Shown here: one piece after another, positions 54,570 through 63,763 of the stretch
Layout of the letters: each line of letters starts with the position of its first letter
How positions within the stretch are numbered: position 1 is the stretch's first letter
The notes under the pieces: model-generated
The model's input: only the letters and a program-made list of their open reading frames with translations
Told to the model about the DNA's origin: nothing
Databases searched by the model: none
Virus record (IMG/VR): IMGVR_UViG_3300029922_000001
Coordinates: 377,499-441,498 of that record
Length of the DNA: 64,000 bases
Strand: one strand, 5' to 3'
Made by a program: the position numbers and the translations under genes

Positions 54570-54965
54570 GTACAAGACGGTAAGGTGGCTGAAAGGAAAT
54601 CCCCAAAAGTCTATAAACTAATTTAGAATTGAATACATATAGTAACTTTCAGGGTGTGCGGTGACGGGTTAAAATCGTACACACCTTTCAATGTACACGA
54701 TAAATCTTTGTGGCTCAACGAATAAGATGCAGTGAGAGTTTTATCCCGTTTTAGAATCTACCCTAGTGAATAAGGTCAAAATCCCCAATGAGATGGCAAA
54801 TCTCCCAGATAAGGTAATCCATGTATATCCATGATATGATCGTTGACCACGTATCGTCTAAATGTGTAAAGAACTGATGAAGATCCTTTAGCCCATTTAT
54901 GGGTTATAAATAGAAAGGTAATGAGGGTTGTTGTGCGGCTTAAATCGTATAGTCAGCCCTTTAAC
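54570..54965 (+). ncRNA. Candidate structured ncRNA (about 390 nt) in its own promoter cassette
   Basis: The promoter is followed by GTA instead of ATG; no ORF of 60 aa or more; two related hairpins at 54651-54688 and 54924-54962. Confidence 0.45.
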
Positions 54966-56497
54966 TTTTTATCCCCAATAAAAGAATTACAGGTATACTC
55001 CAATTATGAGATTCAAGACAACAGTTAGCAAGTTTGAGAATGGTGAATGGACTATCATTGAGGGTTCAGTTTATCGTAATTGGTCAAAGCAACCAACTGA
55101 GAAAATGATCAGCAATGCAATTGCCAGTATCTTGAAAGACCTACAGACTATCATTCCTGGTTTTAGGGAATATGGAGTGGAGAAGATCATTTAAGAATCC
55201 CCAATAGGGGAATTAAGGTATACTCTAAATGTGATGAATAGTTATCATCCAAAAAGATAAGGGTTTAAGTTTATTTTTGCAAAAGCTGTACGTTGGTTAG
55301 TAACCAATAAAAGAATATTCTAATAACTAAAGAAGAAAGATTGATAGAGTAGCGTCTATTAAAATAAATGTATATCCTTATCACATTTTCCCCAACACTC
55401 AAATTAGAGGTATACTATATCCATGAAAACATACAATCTTGGAGATTTGGTTATTGTCAAAGGAACAACGAATAATCCATATGTAACTGGTGGAATTTCA
55501 GGACCTGATAGAGCAAGGGTCATAAACTCTCTAAAAGAGCAAAAGACAGTAAGTGACGATTATGAATTCTGGATTGCTCCTACTAATGGTGGTGCATTTA
55601 AAGTGCAACAGCATCTTATCTCTTTCCAAAATCCAATAGTGTTGCAGATTCATGCTCAAAATCCCCAATAAAAGAATTAGAGGTATACTAGAAACATGGA
55701 AAACTTTAATCAGAAACTTCAAGACTTTCTCGCTCTAGCTGAAAAGGAAACTCAACACCGAATGCATATGGAAGGTTATGACAGTCTTCTAGCAAGTGCG
55801 GAAAAGGCAGGACGACGGGCATACTATTACTTTACCTGTGAACCAGGATTGAAGTTTGTCAAAGTGTGGAAAGAAGCACAAGGTGACAAGTTTATTCACA
55901 GTTTTGTTGAAAAAAATACTGGAATCATCTATGGCGCGGATAGTTGGAAGAAACCCAATTTTAAGAGAGCATACGGCACTCTAGACACCATTAATGATTG
56001 GTATTGGGGTGATTATTACGGGGTAAGTAAGACAGGGGTTAATACACTAGTACCAAAAGAAAAGCGTCGTAAGCCTTGATAAATCCCCAATAGGGGGAAT
56101 TAAGGTATACTACCGGTATGGAAAACTTCAATACCGGTGGGTCTGTTTCTCTAGCCGCTTTACATCAACGTCAAGCGGCTACTAAGGCTTTATTAGAGTC
56201 GTTGTATGGTGAAGTCTTAGCTAAAAAGGTTCACACTGATCGTAAATATTTAAATTTACTATTACATGTTCTTGATTCTGATGGTAAAGATCTAGAAGCA
56301 GTGGAGAATTTACGTACAATGCTTGAAAAGGATCTGGTATACTACTAACATGAGTGACGCAAGAATCGAATAGATTGGTTTAATCTGTGGAACCTTAATT
56401 GCAGCATTGGCTGCTGGCTTTGGATTGAATATCCTTTTAGCTTTGATTTTAGGTCTTTAAAAATACCCAATAAGAAAATCGAAGGTATACTCTATAT

Positions 56498-56815
56498 ATG
56501 AAACAACATGAACTGTATGATGAACTATGTTTGACTGAAGCATCACAAGCAGAAGGACTTAGCTTTGATGTTGGTTTTCATTCAGATTTAATTGAATTAT
56601 ATAGACTTGATGTTAAATCTGAGTTTAGATGGCAAGGACGCGCTACTAGATTCTTAAAGGAATTAACTGCAATTGCTGATAGGAATAATTTACCTATTGA
56701 GTTAGAAGTTGGTTCTGGTACTGATGAAATAGACATAGTAGAGGATCTTCCAGCTTTTTACAATAAGTTTGGTTTCGAGTGGGTGGATACTTATATGCGT
56801 AGAATCCCCCAATAA
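56498..56815 (+). CDS. GNAT-like acetyltransferase
   Basis: IEL..L.V..EFR.QG.AT.FL.EL...AD.....I.L, L..FY.KFGF. Confidence 0.75.
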   Translation: MKQHELYDELCLTEASQAEGLSFDVGFHSDLIELYRLDVKSEFRWQGRATRFLKELTAIADRNNLPIELEVGSGTDEIDIVEDLPAFYNKFGFEWVDTYMRRIPQ

Positions 56816-57113
56816 AAAAATTAGAGGTATACTCTAAATATGAACATTCTAAAGAAGATTCTCAAAGCTATTGGATGTAAACAATCTACGCTTTGTAAAT
56901 TTGGTTATCATACACTAGCTTGGTATTCAAAAGCTGATTGTGAAATGTATTTCATTCAGAAGCGCAAATTTGGTCCTTTAGTAGAGTGCGGTTGTTGTCG
57001 TAAGATTTTACATATTGAAGAAGTTAACGTTGATGAGGTTGAGTATCTTCATGGATTATATCCAATAAATTAAGAATTATCCCCAATAGGAATTTTAAAG
57101 GTATACTCTAAAC

Positions 57114-57479
57114 ATGAAAGTTTTAATATCTGATGATGACCAAAATCTTTTAGATAGTATGGTTCGCTATTTAGAGCGTTATGATATCGAAGTACATGGT
57201 TTTCTTTACAATGATCTTGCTATGAATGATCTTGAGGCAGGTTTTACACCTGACTTCATTTTGACAGATTATGACTATGGTTGCGGACGACGAAATGGAG
57301 TAGATTATATTAAAGCACTTAGGTCAAAACATTTTACTGTACCTATCGCTTTAGTTTCAGGTTCAAGTAAACAACAATTAATGAAGGAAATCGAAGGTAT
57401 TGACAATGTTGTTGTAATTGAAAAATCAATGAATTTATGTAAAATGATTTTTAGGTTTCTTAATTTAAATCCCCAATAG
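57114..57479 (+). CDS. Single-domain response regulator (CheY-like receiver)
   Basis: KVLISDDD acidic pocket, PDFILTDY phosphoacceptor, NG...I..LR, PIALVSG, EK. Confidence 0.9.
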   Translation: MKVLISDDDQNLLDSMVRYLERYDIEVHGFLYNDLAMNDLEAGFTPDFILTDYDYGCGRRNGVDYIKALRSKHFTVPIALVSGSSKQQLMKEIEGIDNVVVIEKSMNLCKMIFRFLNLNPQ

Positions 57480-57503
57480 GAATTTTAGAGGTATACTCTA
57501 AAC

Positions 57504-57704
57504 ATGATTAAAAAGACTCTTCGACAAGGATTCATTGTTGACAAGCACGGTGTTCAACGATGGTATAAGGATGATTTTATGCATAATCTTAATGGTCCTG
57601 CGGCTGTTTTCCCTGATGGTAGGGTAGCTTACTACATTAACGGTACACGAATTCCACGTAAGACGTTCGGACAAATGCTGGCTAAAGCAAGGAAAAAGAA
57701 GTAA
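57504..57704 (+). CDS. Small protein with a W-Y...H..NGPA...DG....Y.NG repeat unit
   Basis: Repeat motif common in phage hypothetical proteins. Confidence 0.6.
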   Translation: MIKKTLRQGFIVDKHGVQRWYKDDFMHNLNGPAAVFPDGRVAYYINGTRIPRKTFGQMLAKARKKK

Positions 57705-57931
57705 TGCCAGAAACCCCACCGCCAATTACAAGTATGCAACTTCAAGCTTTTTGCTTACTATTTCAACAATCTCTTACTTAATGTATTGGGGAACAAATTC
57801 GAAACAAGATACTTGTTTTCTTGTTCTTACTATTGCATTTTTGGTGTTGGGTCTAAGTGTACTTATGTGCAAATACCTGATACCACCAGACTAGTTTTCC
57901 CCAATAAGAAAATCGAAGGTATACTCTTTTC

Positions 57932-58366
57932 ATGGCTAATTTTCCTACTCTGCAAGACGTGCATTGGGTTTCAATTGAAGAGATTTTAAACTCTTGGCTT
58001 TCAATTGATAGTAAAGCACTTAAAACATCTACGGACATTTCAAAAGAGTTGACCTATAAAGAATGGGAGATACTACTTACAAGAAAACGTGAAGAGTGTG
58101 AATATGAAGAGATTAGACCTATCATTGAACAAGAGGGGTTTAGAATGCCTTTGGTTTACGAAATTCAAGATCGAACTGGAAAATTCTGTCATTGTCAGGG
58201 ACATCATAGACTAGCTTGTGCAATAGATTTAGGATATAAATATTTGCCATACGTTCATTATCAATGGGCTGATGGTGGTTGTTGGCACATTGCTGATTTT
58301 GAGTGGGATACATTAATCCATCCTGAAAATCCCCTGCCTACTAATCCAATTTTGACTGATAAATAA
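57932..58366 (+). CDS. Stand-alone ParB/Srx-like domain protein, paralog 4
   Basis: QGHHRLACAIDLGYKYLPY; C-terminal LIHPENPLPTNP is identical to paralog 1. Confidence 0.75.
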   Translation: MANFPTLQDVHWVSIEEILNSWLSIDSKALKTSTDISKELTYKEWEILLTRKREECEYEEIRPIIEQEGFRMPLVYEIQDRTGKFCHCQGHHRLACAIDLGYKYLPYVHYQWADGGCWHIADFEWDTLIHPENPLPTNPILTDK

Positions 58367-59204
58367 AAATCCCCAATGGGGAAAACCGAGGTATACTTAG
58401 AACATGAAAACACTTTCAACACAGACAAGAGATCGAAAAGGACTACTCACTGCTTACGGATTTGTCGATGGTGGCACCGAAACAAGACAAAAGGATAATA
58501 CAAAGATCACGATTCATCGTCCTGAAGATACAGAAAACTACATTCTGACAGGAATGTACGACGGCAAGAAGGTTGGAATTGACGCAGGTAAGAGTCTGGA
58601 GAATGCGCGAAAGATGGTAAGCAAGTATCTCCGGGGCGAAATCAAGTAAGTTTATATCTGTCATCTGTAGAAACAATAAGACAATGACTCCCCCTAAAGG
58701 GGGAAATCCCCAATGCCTCTAATTGAGGTATACTATATTTGAGGAAATCGAAAACTATGAATAACTACGATCTATGGCAAACAACAGAATGGCAACGAAA
58801 AAATGGATTTGCATCTAAAGGTGATAAAGTAACTTTTAAAGCCAACGATGGTTATGATGGTGACATTCAACGCGCTAAAGATGCGGGACTAGTAATTGGT
58901 GAAAGTTATATTGTCACAAGAACAGAAGTTGGACGTTGTAATAGTTATCATATTCTAGAGGGATTTGGTTACAGTTTCAATATTGTAATGTTTGAACAAA
59001 TTCCAGATCCTAAAGCGATCATCAAGTGTGTAGTAACCGAAATTGGACAAGATACGCTCCGTGGAGACTACAAGGCAGAGGATTTTGCTAATTTGTTACG
59101 TACAGCGGCAGATGCAATTCTAAGTCCTGATAGTAATCATTACTATTATGAATTCACGTTCACAAACGGGGATTGTATCTATCAAATCACTGCAAAGAAG
59201 TAAG

Positions 59205-59235
59205 AATAGGGGAACTCTTCGGAGTTTCCCTATTT
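59205..59235 (+). terminator. Intrinsic terminator whose 3' arm is the left box of the 40-bp element
   Basis: AATAGGGGAACTC-TTCG-GAGTTTCCCTATT. Confidence 0.8.
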
Positions 59236-60761
59236 CGGTTCGAGTTCCTTATCTATACACTAATAAGGAACATTAAAACGTACACTTAAAATCCCCAATA
59301 GATGAATTTAAGGTATACTCTATTCATGGGAAAGAAACCAATTACACCATCTAAGCCACCATTTGAGGTTGGAGATATAGTCTCTAGCCGACATGGTGAA
59401 TATGCTGGGTTACTGTTAAAAATAGAATCTATTTACCCTTCTGAAAGATATGGTTCTGGATATGGCGCTCGTTGTGTTGGAGCTATCACTGGAAAATATA
59501 TTAAAGAAAGCTATGTTGATTCTGCATGGTTTGTGAAAGTAGAAGATCCAAAATTGTCACCTTATCGCGTTGAATTATTATTGCGAAAGTCAGACAACTA
59601 TTTCCATATTTTGGCTGCTGAAGCGATCAAGCAACTACGACTTCAAAAATCCCCAATAAAGAAATAAGAGGTATACTCTGATCATGGCACAAAAACAAAA
59701 GGTCACCGTGGATACGCCTTATTTGAATAGTTGGGCGCATCAACAGGAACAAGAGCAAAAAGCTATTGAAGATGAAAGTAAATTGCCATTCAAACAGATG
59801 ATTGAAGCAAGAAAGAAGCGTTTGTCATCGACTATCGAAAGTGCCAAAAAATGTACAGTCATTTTTGAGAACCAAAACATTGCTTGGTACATGAAACTTT
59901 TTTACTGTGACAGAGAAAGCGCAAGACAGGAACTTGGTTATCGTCCAGCTATTGCAACTTTAACTTTCGAAGAATATCGCAATAGTGCTTTACGATAATC
60001 CCCAATAGAAAATTAAGAGGTATACTTAAAACATGAACACTCTCCCGAACATCGTTCTCGCCGGTTTGAATCGCTATCAGAATCCAGCCCCTAAGAAGGT
60101 AATCACGAGGGAACAACAGATTGAGCGGCTTCTCAATCGTTATGCGTCGGCTGTTTTGACTTTTCGCAAGCCTGAAACCTGGAAGGTTTGGGCAAAAGAG
60201 AGGGACGCGATTATTGCCGAAGCTGGTAAGCTAATCGGCAAGAACTACAACGGTAACAACGTTGTAACAATCTGGGAGCATGAGACTCCAAAGGATGAAT
60301 TGGACTACATTGTTGCAAAAGAGTATCACACTTGGAGCAATAATCCGTGCCGTCCTTGGAATTCAGGCGACTCGGAGCATCTAGAGAATCGTGTGGTTTT
60401 TGATATCGCATTTCTTGCGAAGAAGAAATGTTATCACATTTACTACGATCACTCGTAAGGGGGAGAAATCCCCAATAAAAGAATTGGAGGTATACTAAGA
60501 TCATGTCACATTTCGAAAATGAATATCGTTCTCCTGGTTACTGGCTTGATGCCAGAGAAAGAATGGAATCAGGCATGTGTCCTGAATGTGGCGAATGGTT
60601 GAAACTTGAAGAAATTTGCCCATGTAAAGAAGATTGCGATTGTGCTACTGAGTACGCTAATATGCAAAGAGATTATCTTGCAGCAGATTGGCAAGACGCA
60701 GAAGAAGGATTGGGAAGTTACGTAAAATCCCCAACGATCTAATTAGAGGTATACTCAAAAC

Positions 60762-61022
60762 ATGGAAGACTTTGGAGATTTCAGCGAATATGGCGATCAG
60801 GATGCTTTAGATAGCATTGACGACTACAACCGATTTGAAGAAAGGGAAGTATTCAACGATCAAGAAGGACGTGACCCTGATGATGAATTTGAAGATGATG
60901 ACGAAAGGGAAGAATTCGAAAGGGAAGAATTCGAAAACTTTTTCGAAAATGAACCAGATTGCACGGCTGATGACAATTGGGCAATGGGAACTTTACAAAT
61001 AGATCCCGATTTTGGTTACTAA
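60762..61022 (+). CDS. Extremely acidic small protein
   Basis: About 36 D/E, 5 R and 0 K in 86 aa (hand count); own promoter and terminator. Confidence 0.7.
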   Translation: MEDFGDFSEYGDQDALDSIDDYNRFEEREVFNDQEGRDPDDEFEDDDEREEFEREEFENFFENEPDCTADDNWAMGTLQIDPDFGY

Positions 61023-61024
61023 GC

Positions 61025-61063
61025 AAAATAAGGAACTTTCAGAAAGTTCCTTATTTTCTTTTT
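61025..61063 (+). terminator. Intrinsic terminator
   Basis: AAAATAAGGAACTTT-CAG-AAAGTTCCTTATTTT plus T tract. Confidence 0.8.
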
Positions 61064-61510
61064 AGGTTTCTATGTATCTTATCTATTCTTTCGGAGTATT
61101 AGTGTATAGATGTACACGTTCGGGGAAAATGGGGAAAGCTACGAAAGCTCCGAACTCCGATTTCCCCAATAACAGAATAAGAGGTATACTCTATTCATGA
61201 AGCAGATCACAAAAGAGCAAGCTCTAGAACTTTTCAAAGCAAACAGAGAGTATGCGGATGACAACGTTTTTACCATTTGCGCATCCAATATGGACCCAAA
61301 TGGAATGTTTGCAATGGAAGTGGAAGGTTGGCGCATTCGCGAAAATACGTTTACTTCAGTTCCATTGTATTCGGAAGATCCTAGCGTAGAAGCTTTTGAG
61401 CGGTATCTTGCAAACTTTAGCTTTTACAACTGTGATGAAGAAACAGGGAAAGACATAACCTATTGGGTTTGAGAAATCCCCAACACTCAGATTAGAGGTA
61501 TACTACACAC

Positions 61511-61981
61511 ATGGCACACATGGCACACACGAGCTATTTGAATTCAGTTTTCGACAAACGATCTAATGCTGCTGCAATCAAATTCATCTGTAGAGCGTTG
61601 GAACTGGTAGATTGCGATGCTATTGCATTTACTGGAATGTCTGGGGCACTAATGGCTCCAAAAATTGCAGAACTCACAGGTAAGAAACTTGTAATGGTTC
61701 GAAAATCGGGGGATGATTCTCATTCTAGCTTTAGAGTTGAAGCCACAACAACGAAAGTGTATAAGTATGTCATTATTGATGATTTGATTTTCTCTGGCAG
61801 AACAGTCAATCATATCATCAAGACTCTGAAAGAGAGTAGTAATTTTCAGCTTGCTAAGTGTCAAGCTATCATTATGTACGCGGAAAAGGGCGAAACAAGC
61901 TATAAGACGGTACATAATGGCTTGAAAATCTACAACCGTAAGCAAGGATTGCCACGTAAGAAAACCCCAAAGCCTGTTTAA
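61511..61981 (+). CDS. Type I phosphoribosyltransferase
   Basis: DAIAFTGMSG...A..IA...GK.LV.VRK; PRPP-binding YVIIDDLIFSGRT. Confidence 0.85.
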   Translation: MAHMAHTSYLNSVFDKRSNAAAIKFICRALELVDCDAIAFTGMSGALMAPKIAELTGKKLVMVRKSGDDSHSSFRVEATTTKVYKYVIIDDLIFSGRTVNHIIKTLKESSNFQLAKCQAIIMYAEKGETSYKTVHNGLKIYNRKQGLPRKKTPKPV

Positions 61982-61997
61982 CAGGTATACTCTATTT

Positions 61998-62529
61998 ATG
62001 AAAAGCCGACGTTCACTAAATCGAGTTCTACGCGACAGTCTTGGAAAGGGACTCACCAAAGAAGAAGTTAAGATTCTTGCACTTGAAAATATGAGACTAT
62101 TAAACTCAAACTTCGATAAGAATTTGGTTGATGCTTTCATGACAGAAGCGCAACTTTTACAATGGGCAACTGCAACAAGTAAAGTAGAAGGAGTTTTTGA
62201 CGATAATCATATTATGAGTCATGATATGAAGTATCGTTAAGGGGATGGAAAATCCCCAATAAAAGAATAAGAGGTATACTCAAATCATGGAAACGACCAA
62301 AATCAACAAAGACGAAGCTACAAAGCTAATCGACGGTTACAAACTCACACTCTATGGACGAAATTTGGTTCGACATCGTAGAGGGTTGAAGACTCTGGAG
62401 GAAATGTACAAAGATTGCGCTATCGCAGAAGTCTTGATTCGCGAACTTAACACGGCATTGTCGAATGTTTCTAATGACACAGAAATGAAGTTGTTCATGG
62501 GTGGTTTGGAAAATATCATCAACTTCTAA
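61998..62529 (+). other. Hypothetical ORFs 61998..62240 and 62287..62529
   Basis: Promoter-led. Confidence 0.65.
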
Positions 62530-62684
62530 GAAATCTAAGGAGAAGGGGCGAAAGCTCCTTTTCCCTATTTTCTTAGTTTGGGTCTATCTATACACTAATT
62601 AAGAGTAAGACTATCATCTAGAATAATTGCAATATTGATTCAATTAGAAATCCCCAATGAGTCAAGGCAAGGTATACTATGTTC

Positions 62685-63587
62685 ATGGCACAATCGAAAG
62701 ACACACCGAGAGACGTAGTAGAGAAACTTCTTGAACTGACAAAAGGCGACTTACTTCCTTGGAATTGCCCTTGGATGCGACGACAACCTAAGAATCCAAT
62801 TAGTGGTACGCGATATCGCGGAATCAATTGGTTACTTCTAACTTGGAAGATGGGCGAATTTGATGGAGAAAACCGATTCGTCACCTACAAGCAGTTGCAA
62901 GAATTCTCCAAGAAGCAAGTCAAGTCGATGTTTATTAAGGCAGGTTCTAAGGGAAGCATGATCATTAAATACGGAATGTTCCAAAAAGATAAGGACATGG
63001 GAAATGGCACTATCAAGGAAGTTTCAATACCGTACATGCAAACGTGGTCCGTGTTTAGTGTTACTCAAGTAGACGGTTGGGATATCCCAAATACTGAAAC
63101 TTATGGCACAAAAGCCCTTCCTGAAGTCAATGCACTAATTCAAAAAATGGGCATTACTGTCAAGAGCGGGAATCAAGCCGCATATTCACCTAGTGGCGAT
63201 TATCTGATTATGCCACCCGCTGATACGTTTAAGTCACCAGAATTGCATCTGGCTGTTGCCATCCATGAACTGATTCATTGTAGTGGACATAAGGACCGCT
63301 TGAACCGAAAGAGTATGGAAGAGGGCAAAGACCAGAAATATGCAACTGAGGAAATGGTTGCGGAAATTGGAGTAGCTATCGCGATGGCAGAACTTGGAGT
63401 AGAGTATCAAATTCAACAATCTGCTGATTACATTAAGGGGTGGTGGAGTGTGATTCAATCCAACCCTAAGAACTTTATATGGGCTGTAAGTCAAGCCCAA
63501 AAAGCAGTAGAATACGTTCTTGGAACCACTATCGAAACGGTTGAATTAACAGAATCAGGAACCGAAAGTTTCGCCTACGTAGGTTAA
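62685..63587 (+). CDS. ardC: ArdC-like ssDNA-binding antirestriction protein with zincin-like domain
   Basis: PW..PW, N..SG..YRGIN...L, FVTYKQ, G.KG, A.Y.P..D...MP....F, HELIH.SGH..RLNR, YA.EE.VAEIG, SA.YI..W. Confidence 0.9.
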   Translation: MAQSKDTPRDVVEKLLELTKGDLLPWNCPWMRRQPKNPISGTRYRGINWLLLTWKMGEFDGENRFVTYKQLQEFSKKQVKSMFIKAGSKGSMIIKYGMFQKDKDMGNGTIKEVSIPYMQTWSVFSVTQVDGWDIPNTETYGTKALPEVNALIQKMGITVKSGNQAAYSPSGDYLIMPPADTFKSPELHLAVAIHELIHCSGHKDRLNRKSMEEGKDQKYATEEMVAEIGVAIAMAELGVEYQIQQSADYIKGWWSVIQSNPKNFIWAVSQAQKAVEYVLGTTIETVELTESGTESFAYVG

Positions 63588-63590
63588 GGA

Positions 63591-63632
63591 TTAAAAGAGT
63601 AGAGTTAAAATCCTACTCTTTTAATTTTATTT
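63591..63632 (+). terminator. Intrinsic terminator
   Basis: TTAAAAGAGTAG...CTACTCTTTTAA plus T tract. Confidence 0.75.
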
Positions 63633-63763
63633 ATTTAAGCCTCATATTATAATTTTTAAGAATATTAGTGTATAGATCAAACGGATCATGAATAATAGGG
63701 AAATTTGGTAATTGATGAATTCTTAAAAATCCCCAATAAAGGAAATTAAGGTATACTAAGATC

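Larger units (their letters stand above)
52444..56348 (+). other. Hypothetical ORFs 52444..52743, 53216..53479 (TM), 53566..54021 (N-terminus like 6695..6925), 54046..54420, 55006..55194, 55423..55671, 55696..56079, 56118..56348
   Basis: Each starts 6-7 nt after a promoter copy. Confidence 0.7.
56840..61472 (+). other. Hypothetical ORFs 56840..57073, 58404..58649, 58757..59203, 59326..59667, 59684..59998, 60033..60458, 60503..60742, 61197..61472
   Basis: Each starts just after a promoter copy. Confidence 0.7.
22778..63703. repeat. Second dispersed 40-bp bipartite element TTTCCCYATTT-N15-ATCTATACACTAAT, 10 copies
   Basis: As written on + at 29844-29883, 59225-59264, 62560-62599; reverse complement at 22778-22817, 35841-35880, 42683-42722, 47886-47925, 54480-54519, 61098-61137, 63664-63703. 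All are intergenic with a 15-nt spacer. Function unknown. Confidence 0.9.

Noticed and set aside
54873-54915. Hammerhead ribozyme at CTGATGA...GAAA
   Set aside because: No closing stem II directly between CTGATGA and GAAA, and no clear stems I/III.
4291-59325. Shared MRYT N-terminus in many ORF-track proteins
   Set aside because: Artefact of reading TTG-AGG-TAT-ACT within the promoter; real starts are the ATG 6-7 nt after TATACT.
288-63500. Numerous short minus-strand ORFs and the frame-shifted 3299..3583
   Set aside because: They are shadows of plus-strand genes or repeats with biased composition and no promoter or SD; only 11027..11722 and 22874..22993 are supported.
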